Assembly (NCBI GenBank): GCA_963781565.1
Contig: CAWAHA010000029.1
Coordinates: forward strand, 15,683-79,682
DNA: 64,000 nt
Direction of reading: 5' to 3'
Source of the DNA: an uncultured Acidimicrobiaceae bacterium
Lineage (GTDB): Bacteria > Actinomycetota > Acidimicrobiia > Acidimicrobiales > RAAP-2
A program made the translations under genes and the position numbers. Below are positions 1 to 10,393 of this stretch, piece after piece (the first letter of the stretch is position 1; each line of letters begins with the position of its first letter). A model generated the notes under the pieces. It was given only the letters and a program-made list of their open reading frames with translations, did not search any database and had not been told where the DNA came from.

Positions 1-398
1 GCGAAGTCGCCCGACGGCTCGCCTGCGATGCCAAGGTGCTGGTTTCTGCCGACGGGGCCGACGGCCGCAGCCTCAACCTCGGTCGGACCCGACGGGACCC
101 GAGCGACGCCCAGCGGCTGGAAATCAGACGACGTGACAAGGGATGCCGGTTCCCGGGCTGCACCCACACCGAGTTCACCGACGTCCACCATGTCCGCCAT
201 TGGGTCGATGGTGGGCCGACCGACATTGAGAACCTCGTCGAGTTGTGCGATCAACACCATCGCTGCGTGCACGAGATGGGATGGAAGATCTCCGGCAACG
301 CCAACGTGGAGTTGACCTTCCAGAGCCCGACGGGAAGGCGTTCGACCTCGACCCCTTCCCCGAGTCTTATTGCAGCGCGAGACGGACCGCCTGGTTGA
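1..398 (+). CDS. HNH endonuclease, C-terminal part (5' end lies outside the window); actinobacterial DUF222/REP13E12-like type
   Basis: The frame of ORF 36..398 is open back to the window edge. HNH pattern present: CRFPGC...HHVRHW...NLVELCDQHH. The 3' end overlaps convergent menD by about 30 nt. Confidence 0.7.
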   Translation, partial: EVARRLACDAKVLVSADGADGRSLNLGRTRRDPSDAQRLEIRRRDKGCRFPGCTHTEFTDVHHVRHWVDGGPTDIENLVELCDQHHRCVHEMGWKISGNANVELTFQSPTGRRSTSTPSPSLIAARDGPPG

Positions 399-2049
399 TC
401 GCTTCGTGCAGCGCGACGTTCTCGGGCCGGCCGGGCACCTTGACCCGGACGAGCGAGGGCGAGGACGCCGGCGCGGCCAAAGCGGACTCGAGCTGCGACA
501 GCTCCGAAATTTCTTGAACCGGAAGGCCAAATCCGCGCGCCACTGCGCCGATGTCGCTGGTGGGTGGCGTTCCGAAGAGCTGCTCGAACACCACGGGTTC
601 GACCGTGGCGGCTTGGGGCAGGAACGAGAAGATCCCTCCCCCGCCGTTGTCGAGCACGACGAAGGTGCAAGGGACCTCGGGCAGGTTGACCAGGCCCGAG
701 ACATCGTGGAGAAAGGTCAGATCGCCCATGAGGGCGACCGTGTGCGTGCCCTCCGTGCTTCCGGAGGCGGCTATCCCGAGCGCAGTGGACACGACGCCGT
801 CGATCCCGTTCACTCCCCTGTTGGCCAGCACCCTCGGGGGCGTCGGGCTGGGTTCGGCGTACCACTCGAGGTCCCGGATCGGCATGGATGCCGCCGCCAC
901 GAGCGTGGCGCCCGACCGCGTGGCATGGCGATGGACCACGCGGGCCACGAGCGGCTCGCTCACATCGGTCCCCAGGACCTCGGCGATGGCCTTCTGCGCC
1001 TTGGCCTCGCGCTCGCGCCAGGAGTCGAGCCATTGCGGATCGGACGGTGCGGCCGTGGCGATGGCGGCGTCGAGCCAGCGATCGACGTTGCACTGATGGA
1101 ACTCGGTCGCCACCCGGAGAGGGTCGGCCCACTGCCGCCACGGATCAACGACGATGATCCGCGCGCCGGCGTCGGCCGCGCGAGAGATATACGAGCCGAG
1201 TGCCCGAGAGAGCCAGGGCATCCCGAACAGCACGATGCACTCGGGCAGCGGGGGCTCCGTACGGACAATCGCATCGGCCGCCGCGATCGATCCGTCCAAC
1301 CGGCCGCCCGACAGCGGATCCGCCAGCACCGGCCAGCCGAGCGTCGCCGCCAGGCCCGCGACGCCGGCTGCGTCTGCCCGCTGGGACCAAGGCCCGCCGG
1401 CGATGATCATTCCCCTCCCCCGCAGTGGCGCCAGGTCGACCGGAGCCGCACCCGGCCGGCCGTCGCCCAAGACCACCTTCGGCCCCTGTCGGGCTGGAAG
1501 AGGTTCCGCGGTGCCGACGAGCGGCTCGCGGAATTCCAGGTTGAGGTGGACCGGGCCGGGACCACTGGCTCCGTGCACGGCCTCCTCGAACGCCCTGACG
1601 GCCAGGGGTCTCCATGCGGCCTCTTGGCCCTCGACAGGCACCCCGGGCGAAAAGGACCAGCGGACAGCCGCGGCGAACAGTCCGTTCTGGTCGATGGACT
1701 GTGGTGCGCCGGTGTCATGGAGCTCGGGCGGCCGGTCCGCCGTGCAGACGATGAGCGGGACCCCGGCGTGGTGCGCCTCGACGACGGCCGGGTGGAGCTC
1801 GGCGGCGGCAGTGCCACTCGTGACGCAGATGACGGTCGGCCTTCCCGTCGCCATCGCCAAGCCCAAGGCGAAGAACGCCCCGCTGCGTTCGTCGAGCCGG
1901 ACGTGGACGCGGAGCCGGTCGGCCAGGGGCAGCGCCAGTGGCGTGGAGCGCGAGCCGGCACAGATGACGGCATCGGTGACCCCGAGGCCGACCCACTCGT
2001 CGACCAGGGTGGCGCTAAAGGTGGCCTGTACGCTCACCCGTCGTGCCAC
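367..2049 (-). CDS. menD: SEPHCHC synthase (2-succinyl-5-enolpyruvyl-6-hydroxy-3-cyclohexene-1-carboxylate synthase)
   Basis: Intact 560-aa ORF. ThDP-enzyme layout with typical MenD N-terminus ([33 protein letters not shown]...[18 protein letters not shown]). Sits in a men gene neighbourhood. Confidence 0.9.
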   Translation of the reverse strand: MARRVSVQATFSATLVDEWVGLGVTDAVICAGSRSTPLALPLADRLRVHVRLDERSGAFFALGLAMATGRPTVICVTSGTAAAELHPAVVEAHHAGVPLIVCTADRPPELHDTGAPQSIDQNGLFAAAVRWSFSPGVPVEGQEAAWRPLAVRAFEEAVHGASGPGPVHLNLEFREPLVGTAEPLPARQGPKVVLGDGRPGAAPVDLAPLRGRGMIIAGGPWSQRADAAGVAGLAATLGWPVLADPLSGGRLDGSIAAADAIVRTEPPLPECIVLFGMPWLSRALGSYISRAADAGARIIVVDPWRQWADPLRVATEFHQCNVDRWLDAAIATAAPSDPQWLDSWREREAKAQKAIAEVLGTDVSEPLVARVVHRHATRSGATLVAAASMPIRDLEWYAEPSPTPPRVLANRGVNGIDGVVSTALGIAASGSTEGTHTVALMGDLTFLHDVSGLVNLPEVPCTFVVLDNGGGGIFSFLPQAATVEPVVFEQLFGTPPTSDIGAVARGFGLPVQEISELSQLESALAAPASSPSLVRVKVPGRPENVALHEAINQAVRLALQ

Positions 2050-2827
2050 TCCATGTCGAGGTGCGCGGTTCGGGTCCGCCGCTCGTGCTCCTGCACGGCT
2101 TCACCCAGACGGCGCGCCTCTGGGGCCCCTTTGGGGACTTGTTGGCAGCGTCGCGCACCCTGGTGGCGGTGGATCTCCCCGGTCATGGCGATTCGGGATC
2201 GGTGCGGGCCGACCTTCCGACGACAGCAAGGCTCGTGGCTGAGGCGGTACGGACACAGATCGGTGATGAGCCGTGTGCCCTTGTCGGGTACTCGCTTGGT
2301 GCCCGGGTCGCCCTGCATGTCGGCCTCGCCGCCGACCTGCCACTGAGCCATGTCGTTTTCATCGGCGTGACCGCAGGCATTGAGGACGCGACCGCACGCC
2401 AGCGCCGGCGCCAGTCCGACGAGGAGCTTGCGGATGGGCTGGAGGCATCCGGCGACGTCGAGGGGTTCATTGACGCATGGCTGCGCGGACCGCTGTTCGA
2501 ACGGCTGGACCGCGGTGGCGCAGCCCAGCGCTCCGAGCGGCTCCGCAACAGCGCAGCCGGCCTGGCTTCGAGCCTGCGCCTGTGCGGCACGGGCACCCAG
2601 GAGCCGTTGTGGGATCAACTCGGAACGTTCCACTCCCCGTTCTTGCTCTGGCGGGGTCGGACGACGACCGCTTCGCCGCGCACGCTCTGCGCTTGGCCCG
2701 GCTCGTCCCGCACGGCGTCGCTTCCCTGGTCCCGGGCGGCGGCCACGCCGTGCACCTGGCCCAACCCGAGCAGGCCGGCCGGATCGTGCGTCACTGGCTC
2801 GACGCTGCCGGGCCCGGCGTCGCCTGA
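2043..2827 (+). CDS. menH: Alpha/beta hydrolase, SHCHC synthase-like; needs one frame correction near 2630
   Basis: N-terminal part in ORF 2043..3068 ([10 protein letters not shown]...[11 protein letters not shown] nucleophile elbow). C-terminal part in ORF 2477..2827 ([14 protein letters not shown]...[12 protein letters not shown]). Lies between menD and menA. Confidence 0.75.
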
Positions 2828-2847
2828 GGGGATGCGAGCCGGTCCCA

Positions 2848-3824
2848 TCACAGCAACAATCCGATCGCCAGGAGGGCGCCGGCGAGGATCTGGAGCCGTG
2901 CCGTCGTCCCCAGCATCGGCAGTAGGGCCCGACCCTCCTCGTCACCGAGAGCGAGACGCACGGGGACAACGGCCACCGGGAACGCCAACAAGGCCAAGAG
3001 GGACCAGGGCCGGTAGCTCGACACGATGCCGACGACCCAGCGCGACGCCCAAGAGCGTGAAGCAGTAGAACATGCCCGCTCGGCGCCTCCCGAGTCGCAC
3101 GGCCAACGTCTTCTTCCCCGACTCGGTGTCGGTGGCGATGTCGCGCAGGTTGTTGGCCTGCAAGAGGGCCGCGGCCAGCAGGCCGATGGGCACGCCCACC
3201 CAGAGCACGAACCACCAGTCGTACTTGTAGACGAAGAGGTGTCCGGCCAGCGAGACGACGAACGGGGCGTGCTGGACGTATGCGGACCCTGCCGTGGCCA
3301 CGAGACCGAAGAAGACGAAGACGAAGAGCTCGCCGAAGCCGAGGTAGCCATAGGGCCGGGGGCCTCCGGTGTAGCCCCACCCTGCGATGCCGCAGACGAG
3401 GCCGATCGGGACCAGCCACCACGTGACGCGGGCCGCCAAACCAAGGCCCGCCAGCGCCGCAATGCCGAAGGCGATCAGTGCGGCGATCTTGACTTCGCGC
3501 GACCGTCGCCAGCTTCCCGGCCACGAGCCGGATGGGACCCACCCGGTTCTCGTCGGTGCCCCGCACTCCATCGGCGTAGTCGTTGACGTAGTTCGTCCCG
3601 ATCTGAATGCCGAGGGCCACGATCAGGGCCAGGACCGCGTTGAGCCACGACAGCTGGCGATCGAAGTCGGCACAGGCCACGGCATGGCAGCTCCCCGAGA
3701 GCCGTGGCGTGAAGCTCCCGCTCGAGAGGTAGCCCGCGGCGGTGCCCACCACGACGGGGACGATTGCGGCCGGGAGCGTGCGCGGGCGCGCGCCCGCCAC
3801 CCACAACTTGAGCGGAGGGCTCAC
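2848..3824 (-). CDS. menA: 1,4-dihydroxy-2-naphthoate polyprenyltransferase; needs two frame corrections (about 3520 and 3055)
   Basis: Three ORF pieces tile a UbiA-family protein. ORF 2034..3824 gives the N-terminus ([16 protein letters not shown]...[12 protein letters not shown]). ORF 2942..3571 gives the middle ([15 protein letters not shown]...NNLRDIATD). ORF 2848..3462 gives the C-terminal TM helices. The GTG start overlaps the menB stop (GTGA). Confidence 0.8.
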
Positions 3825-4712
3825 GGGCGACGCGGGAAGCGCGAGAAGTCCGGAGGCCGGTGCTCCACGAAGGCGTTCCGGCCCTCTTGCCCTTCCTCGG
3901 TCATGTAGAAGAGCATGGTGGCGTCACCGGCGAGCTGCTGCACGCCGGCCAGGCCGTCGTCCGCCGCGTTCATGCCCGCCTTGATCATGCGCAGTGCGAT
4001 GGGCGAGAGCGTCAGCATCTGCCGGCACCAGGCCACCGTCTCGCGCTCGAGATCGTCCAAGGGGACCACGGCGTTCACCAACCCCCAGTCGAGAGCCTGT
4101 GCAGCGTCGTATTGACGGCAGAGGAACCAGACCTCCTTCGCCCGCTTCAGCCCGATGGTGCGGGCGAGGATCGACGAGCCGTACCCGCCGTCGAAGCTAC
4201 CGACCTTGGGTCCGGTCTGGCCGAAGCGCGCGTTGTCGGCGGCAATGGAGATGTCGCAGACCAGGTGCAAGATGTGCCCGCCGCCGATGGCGTACCCGGC
4301 GATCATGGCGATGATCGGCTTGGGGATGCGGCGCATCAGGATCTGCAGATCGAGGACGTTGAGGCGGCCGATACCCCGCTGAGCGACCTCGTCGTCGCCG
4401 ATGTAGCCGTCGTCGCCCCGGATCTTCTGGTCCCCTCCGGAGCAGAACGCATCAGGGCCCTCGCCAGCAGAGGATGATGGCGCCGACGTCGGGGTCGTCC
4501 CGGGCCATGGTGAAAGCGTCGGTCAGCTCGAAGAGCGTCTGCGGCCGGAAGGCATTCCGGCGTTCGGGGCGGCAGATCGTCAGCTTCGCGATCCCCTCCG
4601 CGACGTCGTAGCGGATGTCCTGGAACGAACCGCGCGACTCCCACGCCGGAGGCGGGAGGGGGCGGAGGTCGTCGAGAGGATCATGGGGACTGCCGGTGAC
4701 CACGGTCTGCAC
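3821..4712 (-). CDS. menB: 1,4-dihydroxy-2-naphthoyl-CoA synthase; one frame correction near 4466
   Basis: ORF 4452..4712 gives the N-terminus ([28 protein letters not shown]). ORF 3821..4336 gives the C-terminus ([13 protein letters not shown]...GSFDGGYGS). Removing one base near 4466 restores [29 protein letters not shown] and joins both parts. Confidence 0.9.
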
Positions 4713-4734
4713 GGCGACCTACGCTACTTGGCTG

Positions 4735-5908
4735 GTGCCTGAGCTCGTCGCACTCGACCTTCCCGGTGGCATCGGCTTCGTCGATGCACTCCGGGCCATT
4801 TGGGACACGGGCGATGCTGCCGCTCCGCTCGATCCACGGCTGCCGCCTGTGGCGCGCCAGGTGCTGCTCGACACGTTGCGGCCGACGCGAATTGTGGGCT
4901 CGGACGGGGAGCAACATGCTCTCCGCGAAGGCATCGGTGTGGAGGAAGGCGACGCGCTGGTCGTCGCCACCTCGGGCACATCGGGTCACCCAAAGGCCGC
5001 CGTGCTCACCCACGACGCTGTCGCCGCCTCAGCCGAGGCGACCTCGGTCCGGCTCGGCGTCGAACCCGACCGGCACGCGTGGATGGCCTGTCTGCCCCTG
5101 GCGCACATCGGAGGCTTGGCGGTCGTCACGCCGTGCGATCGTCACCGGCACGCCGCTCGTCGTCCTGCCGGGATTCGAGGCCGAGGCCGTCGAAGACGCC
5201 GGACGCTCCGGCCGGGTGACCCACGTCTCTCTGGTGGCGACAGCACTCCAGCGCCTCGACCCCTCGGTCTTCACGTGCGTGCTCCTCGGCGGCAGCCGTG
5301 TTCCCGAGGATCTGCCGCCGAACGTCGTCGCCACCTACGGCATGACCGAGACGGGCTCGGGTGTGGTGTACGACGGCTGGCCGCTCGACGGGGTGGAGGT
5401 GGCGTTCCGCCCCTCGCCGCGCCGGCAGAGGGCGCCGACGCGGGCGCCGGAGGCGAAATCCTCATCCGGGCCCCCATGCTGCTCCGCTGCTATCGGGGCG
5501 GCGACGACGGCCGGGTGGTTGGACCCGACGGCGCGTGCCGACTGGTTCGCCACCGGTGACGCCGGTCGGCTGAGTGGCGAGGGGAAGCTCGTCGTCTCGG
5601 GTCGCATCGACGACGTCATCACGACGGGAGCGGAGAAGGTCTGGCCCGATGTGGTCGAGCGCATCCTTGCCGCGCACCCCGGCGTGGCCGAGGTGGCTGT
5701 CTGGAAGCGCCCCGATCCGGAATGGGGCGAGCGCGTCGTGGCCTGGGTCGTGCCCACCGACGACGGCCCGTCACTCGACGAGCTCCGTCAGATGGTCACC
5801 GACGGCATCGCTCCTTGGGCTGCCCCGAAAGAGCTCGTGCTGGTCGATGACCTCCCCCGCACCGCCGCGGGCAAAGTCCGGCGGCGCGCGCGCTCGACGC
5901 CTGATTGA
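4735..5908 (+). CDS. menE: o-succinylbenzoate-CoA ligase; about three frame corrections (about 5130, 5420, 5545); start uncertain (GTG 4735 or 4696)
   Basis: Alternates between the frames of ORFs 4615..5559 and 4766..5908. Adenylate-forming motifs present: TSGTSGHPKAAVLTH, YGMTETGSG, GEILIRAPMLLRCY, WFATGDAG, GRIDDVITTGAEKVWP, PRTAAGKVRR. Divergent from menB. Confidence 0.8.
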
Positions 5909-6031
5909 GGGATCGGGCGGCGCACTCCTCGATCAGGCCGGCGGCGAAGTCAGGTACCGGTGGTACAGGAGCACCGCCGTGCGCCTATAGCCTGAGCCGG
6001 CGTCCGTTACAGCACGAAGGAGGTCGGCCGA

Positions 6032-6565
6032 TTGCCTGCCTGCAGCCGCTGCCTGGTTGAAGTGCCAGTGGGTACTGCGCTTTGTCCCAAGTGCGGCGCT
6101 GCCATCAGGCCGCACGTCATGCCGAGAGCGACAACCAAGCGGGCCCGAAAAGTCGCGGCAACGGCCGCACGCTCGCTCAACGCCAAGGATCGGGTCGCCG
6201 GCCCGGCCAGCCTGGCCCTGTTGATCTCATTCTGGCTTCCCTGGTACAGCCTCGGGCCCTTCTCGGTTGACGGACTCAGCGTTCACGGATGGCTGTTCAT
6301 CGCCGTCCTCGACTCCATCATCCTTGTGCTCTACGCCTTGATCACCGCGTTCGGGGCCGGTGACCTGGCAGAGATGGGCCGTCTGTCCAAGGACCAGCTT
6401 CTCGTCCTCTTGACCGGGGTCAATGTTGCTCTGGTGGTGCTGGCGTTCCTGCTCAAACCGGCCGGATTCAGCTGGTCTTGGGGCGCCTTTCTCGCGCTGG
6501 TCGCCGCCATCGTGGCTTTTCTCCCGTATGGACTGCCCCTGATCAGGGCCCAACGCCGAAGCTGA
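6032..6565 (+). CDS. Zinc-ribbon membrane protein, function unknown
   Basis: Intact 177-aa ORF with TTG start 8 nt after GAAGGAGG. N-terminal CxxC...CxxC (CSRC...CPKC) followed by about 4 hydrophobic helices. Confidence 0.6.
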   Translation: MPACSRCLVEVPVGTALCPKCGAAIRPHVMPRATTKRARKVAATAARSLNAKDRVAGPASLALLISFWLPWYSLGPFSVDGLSVHGWLFIAVLDSIILVLYALITAFGAGDLAEMGRLSKDQLLVLLTGVNVALVVLAFLLKPAGFSWSWGAFLALVAAIVAFLPYGLPLIRAQRRS

Positions 6566-6620
6566 ATCCGCCACGCGACCATGGCCGAGGTGATTCCGCC
6601 TGCTGCCGGCCACGGCTGGA

Positions 6621-7534
6621 TCAGACCGGCTCTTCCGGAACACTCGAGAGCAAGTGGGCACTGAGACGTGCGAGCTTGTCGGGATTCGTCACGGAGCGGA
6701 CACCGACGATGGATCCGTCCATGATGTCCAGCACGAGGGTGGCGACGACGGTGTCCCCGTCGACGAAGACCGTGGCGGGCTGGCCGTTCAGAATGGCGGC
6801 GCGCGGCGACACCATGCAGCTTCTTGGCCACATTGAGCAAGAACCTCGAGCTGCGGTAGGGGCCGACGACAGGTCGCATGGCCGCCCGCACCTTCCCACC
6901 ACCGTCGGTCCAGACGACGACGTCGTCCGACAGCATGGAGAGGAGGCCCGAAAGGTCGCCGGTGGCGCAGGCCACCAAGAAACGGTCGGTCAGGGCGCGG
7001 CCCTGGCGCAGATCGGCATCGAAGCGCTGGCGCCGCTCCTCAATGCGGGCACGCGGCGCGCGACCCCAGCTGCCGGCAGGCCGCCGGCGACCGACCGAGG
7101 GAGTGCGCCACTTCCTCGAACGAGTAGCCGAAGATGTCGTGGAGGAGATAGGCGGCGCGTTCGAGCGGTGTCAGCTCTTCGAGGAGCACCAGGAAAGCCA
7201 GCGACAGCGAATCCGCCTGCTCGGCCGCCGCCTCCTCCTCGACCACCAGCGGCTCGGGGAGCCACGGCCCGGCGTACGTGACCCGAGTGGACCGGGCCGA
7301 GTTGAGCTGGTCGAGGCAGAGGCGGGTCACGATGGTGACGAGGTAGGCACGCACCGACTCGACGGCGCGGTCGTGACGTCGCAGCCAACGAATGGAGGCG
7401 TCCTGGACCACGTCCTCCGCGTCGGCTGCACTGCCCAGCATCCGATAAGCGATGCCGAACAGCAACGATCGCCATTCTTCGAAGGCCGCCGCGTCGGCCT
7501 CGAGGTCGGGCGGCGGCATTTCAGGCAGCGGCAT
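6621..7534 (-). CDS. ECF41-group (SigJ-like) sigma factor with fused C-terminal SnoaL-like domain; two frame corrections (about 7070, 6815)
   Basis: ORF 7040..7651 carries sigma regions 2 and 4 (FEEWRSLLFGIAYRMLGSAADAEDVVQD...LTPLERAAYLLHDIFGYSFEEVA). ORFs 6331..6978 and 6621..6902 carry the extension (FLVACATGDLSGLLSML..DDVVVWTDGGGK...ILNGQPATVFVDGD). ATG candidates at 7534 or 7519. Confidence 0.8.
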
Positions 7535-7543
7535 TTCAGGCAG
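7514..7543. repeat. Perfect 15-bp tandem duplication (CGGCATTTCAGGCAG x2) spanning the CMD stop / sigma start junction
   Basis: Read directly. It duplicates the TGA-N-ATG junction and yields MPLPE-MP(L/P)P at the sigma N-terminus. A 7-nt CAGTGGT repeat follows at 7541 and 7550. Confidence 0.95.
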
Positions 7544-8117
7544 TGGTACCAGTGGTGACGTCCCGCATCGGGATCTCGCAGTTGTCCGAGAATCCCTGGC
7601 TCCGCAGACCGAGCCCTGCGTTGAACCGGGAGCGGAAGTTCTCCAGCGCAACCCAGGCGGCGAGCTCGACGAACTCCGCGTTACTCAGATGGGTCCGGAG
7701 ACGGGCAGCCAGCTCGTCGGAGACCTCGGCGGGGCTGCTGGTCGCCGTCTCGGCGTACTCGAGCACCACGCGCTCGCGCTCTTCGAAGAGGTTGCTGGTG
7801 CGCCAACTTCCGACGGCGCGGACCTTGGCCGGGTCGATGCCCCGATGCATGCCCTCGTAGTAGCCGTAGTCGACGCACCACGAGCAGCCGATCTGCATGC
7901 CGGTTGCCTGCACGGCCAGCCAGCGCAGCGTCGGATCGAGCTTCTTCCAGCCGAACTGGACGGCCGTTTCCAGGCTGCCCATGGCCACCAGAACGCCGGC
8001 GTGGTGTGCGGCGGCCTCGGTCGGTTCGACGTTCTGGCCGAACCGGCGCTTCGAGTATCGAGTGCCCAACCGGGCGACGAGGCCCTTGGGGTGCTCCAGC
8101 AACGGGACGTGAGCCAT
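7536..8117 (-). CDS. Carboxymuconolactone decarboxylase (AhpD-like) family protein; the COE partner of the ECF41 sigma
   Basis: Internal ATG at 8117 is preceded by AAGGAAGGGAG. CxxC motif (GCSWCVDYG) typical of the CMD/AhpD fold. The stop lies 2 nt before the sigma ATG. Confidence 0.8.
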   Translation of the reverse strand: MAHVPLLEHPKGLVARLGTRYSKRRFGQNVEPTEAAAHHAGVLVAMGSLETAVQFGWKKLDPTLRWLAVQATGMQIGCSWCVDYGYYEGMHRGIDPAKVRAVGSWRTSNLFEERERVVLEYAETATSSPAEVSDELAARLRTHLSNAEFVELAAWVALENFRSRFNAGLGLRSQGFSDNCEIPMRDVTTGTTA

Positions 8118-8160
8118 GGCTCTCCCTTCCTTCTGTCTCTGCATCTCTGTCATCACTTCA

Positions 8161-8187
8161 GACGGGACAGGCCCTGATTGTGTGACA
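8161..8187 (-). promoter_or_regulatory. ECF41-type promoter TGTCACA-N16-CGTC upstream of the CMD-sigma operon
   Basis: The minus strand reads TGTCACA caatcagggcctgtcc CGTC with an exact 16-nt spacer, about 45 nt upstream of the CMD start codon. Confidence 0.75.
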
Positions 8188-8200
8188 TGACCGGGCCGGG

Positions 8201-8299
8201 CCGGACCTTCCCACAAAGCGGCGGCCAGCTTGGTTTCACCAGCCCCGGCGGCAGCGCGTTGAGCCCGACATCACCACGGCCGTCTTCGTCACGTTGTAC
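8201..8299 (-). pseudogene. Fragment of a short-chain dehydrogenase gene, homologous to 13413..13549
   Basis: By hand alignment, about 85% nucleotide identity over ~74 nt plus a further 16-nt identical block after a ~45-nt gap. It translates to YNVTK..DVGLNALPPGLVK versus YNVTK...DVRVNALAPGLVK in the intact SDR. Confidence 0.6.
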
Positions 8300-8624
8300 A
8301 CGTATGACAAGGGGATTCAGACACGGCCGGTCAGTCTTCTGGCGTTGACGAGAGCAAGTACTTGGCTCAGCGCGGACAATCGGGCTGTCCCATCGACCCG
8401 GCGAACGCCTATCACTTGTGAAACCCTCTTTGGGGGCTCGGGAGTGAAAACAGCGGACACGAAATCCATCAGTCACTCGAGGTGAGGTGTACGGGGACAG
8501 TGGGTGAAAGCGTCTGTGGGTGGCCGAAGGATCGGTATCGCTTTCCCGGCGTCGAAGCCGACCTTTCTGCCGTGCTGTGCACAACTACAAAAAGGACTAT
8601 GGCCATGCGCAGGACGAACTGACG

Positions 8625-8990
8625 ATGATCAAGGGAAAAGGATTTGGCGCGCACATCAATCGGTATCTGAAAAGCACTGGCTATCAGGTAGTCAACATCG
8701 CTCGGCGCCACGAGGCGTATTACCAGGATGCAGACGAGGCAGACGACGCCACGATCGCTGCTGTTCGGCCATTCACGGGGACATCGAACGAGCGGATACT
8801 CGCCGTACGGGATGCGATCCTCTACGTCGAGCGGTTCGGAATACCAGGGACGATCGTGGAGTGTGGGGTCTTGCGGGGCGGAATGATGATGGCGGCGGCG
8901 AGGACTCTCCTTGAGATTGGCTGCGCTGACAGGGACATCTACCTGTTCGATACCTATGAGGGAATGACTGAACCCAGCGCCGAGGACGTG
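8625..8990 (+). pseudogene. N-terminal half of a TylF/MycF-type SAM-dependent O-methyltransferase (truncated)
   Basis: Part of ORF 8520..9062: TSNERILAVRDAILYVERFGIPGTIVECGVLRGGMMMAAARTL...IYLFDTYEGMTEPS. Homology stops near 8990, where another gene fragment begins. Confidence 0.65.
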
Positions 8991-9806
8991 GACTTCTTTC
9001 AGCGAATACGAGAAGGACGCCGCCGCGGGCACGTTGCCCGACTTCTCACTCATAGAGCCTGACATGGCATCGGGACACAACGACTACCACCCCGCTCTCA
9101 GCCGTTCGATGATCGGCGACAATGCCGACTTGGGGCTCGACCCTCCATCGTCGCTGCTCGGAGGCGAGGCATTCCTGGAGCGGATCTACGACGCCTACCG
9201 CGATGACCGCTCCTTCAGGTACCAATGTCTGGAACACCGCCCTCCTCATCGGGTGGGACGAACGAGGTGGCACCTATGACCACGTCCCACCGGGAGCAGT
9301 CCCTCCGCGCGATCCTGCGGCACCGGCAGGTGAACTCGGCTTCACTTTCGACCGCTCGGGCTACAGAGTCCCAGCGATCATGGTGTCCCCGTGGGTCGAA
9401 CCGGGATCGGTCTACAACGAGGAGTACCGCCACACTTCCCTTATCGCCACGCTGCGAAAGATGTGGGACCTTGGCGATGCGTTCACGAAGCGCGACGAAT
9501 CCGCTCGGACCTTTGAGGGCGTGTTCACTCTCGATGTCCCCCGTGACCCGGCGACGTGGGCCAGCGTCGAAGCCCAGCCTGTGCCGCAATGGACGCTCGA
9601 CATCGTCGCCGCCGGTGGCATAGAGCACACTCGGCAAGGCGATCGGGCCGGGATTGCTCGATGCCGCAAAGAAGATGGGCGTGCCGTTGCCGTCACAGCT
9701 CGACGGACCCAATGCAGAGTTCACCCCTGAACTGCTGATCAAATTCCTCAGGCAGATTTGCTGGCATCTCTTTCCTCGCCTCGAACCCAGCGACGCCGAT
9801 GTGTAG
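8985..9806 (+). pseudogene. C-terminal half of a phosphoesterase / phospholipase C family protein (N-terminus missing; two frame breaks near 9230 and 9610)
   Basis: GTLPDFSLIEPDM..NDYHP (ORF 9034..9279), then WNTALLIGWDERGGTYDHVPP...FDRSGYRVPAIMVSPWV...YRHTSLIATLRKMWDLG (ORF 9122..9730). An unlisted frame then runs to TAG 9804-9806 (LGKAIGPGLLDAAKKMGVPLPSQLDG...FPRLEPSDADV). Confidence 0.65.
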
Positions 9807-10393
9807 AACCGCCCATATCGCTCGACCGGCTCGACTCTCGCCTCCGCGTCGACCGGATTCGGCCTGCTCTTAGAACCCCCGTCGCTCGCTCCACGAGCAG
9901 GCGGTAGTCACCTGTCGTGGGCTGCCGTGGACGGGCCTGGCCGCCATCGGCGCGGTGGAGTCGGACAACGGCAAGTCGAGCCTGCCGGGTGTCCACAGTG
10001 GCGCCAATACGGCAGGCGCCGAAGGACCGATGCGATTCGAGCCGACGAACTTCTGGTGACATGGCAACCAGCAATAGCTCGTTGACCTGCCGTTTTAGAT
10101 CGAGCGGCTGTGGCTCAGGCCTTGACATCGTCCAGCGCCGAGCAGTGAAGGGGGCGTCCCTGCCGGCGCGAGTGGGGATCCACGGCTACGTGGTCGCCGC
10201 CCCGGTCCGTTGGACGGGATACCGTGGCGACCTCACCACCTAGGGGCAGGCGGCGGCCTGGAAAATGATGACAGGACGTCAGGGGCGGGCGTTGGTTGAA
10301 CGGAGGCGTGTCGAGAGCATGCCTGGAACCCTGCTCGGTGGTCTGCGTTGGCGCAGCGGCAACGTGATACCGGCCGAGTCGGCGGACCTCTAG

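Noticed and set aside
370-2346. Long antisense or out-of-frame ORFs, for example 370..2346 +, 251..1141 -, 13184..14023 +, 21856..23901 +, 34681..36645 +, 62038..63516 - and 55413..56756 - beyond the MarR part.
   Set aside because: They have Arg/Pro/Gly/Ala-rich composition and no motifs. They fully overlap well-supported genes on the other strand or frame, so they are GC-driven shadow ORFs. Parts of 21856..23901 (+) and 55413..56756 (-) are used only where they carry the Rrf2 C-terminus and the MarR segments.
9807-10393. ORFs 9748..10128 (-), 9917..10243 (+) and 10115..10426 (-) in the unassigned 590 bp of the islet. I considered a toxin-antitoxin pair or a small regulator.
   Set aside because: The ORFs overlap one another, have no RBS and no recognisable motif in any of the six frames I read, and have Arg-rich composition. 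Left unannotated.
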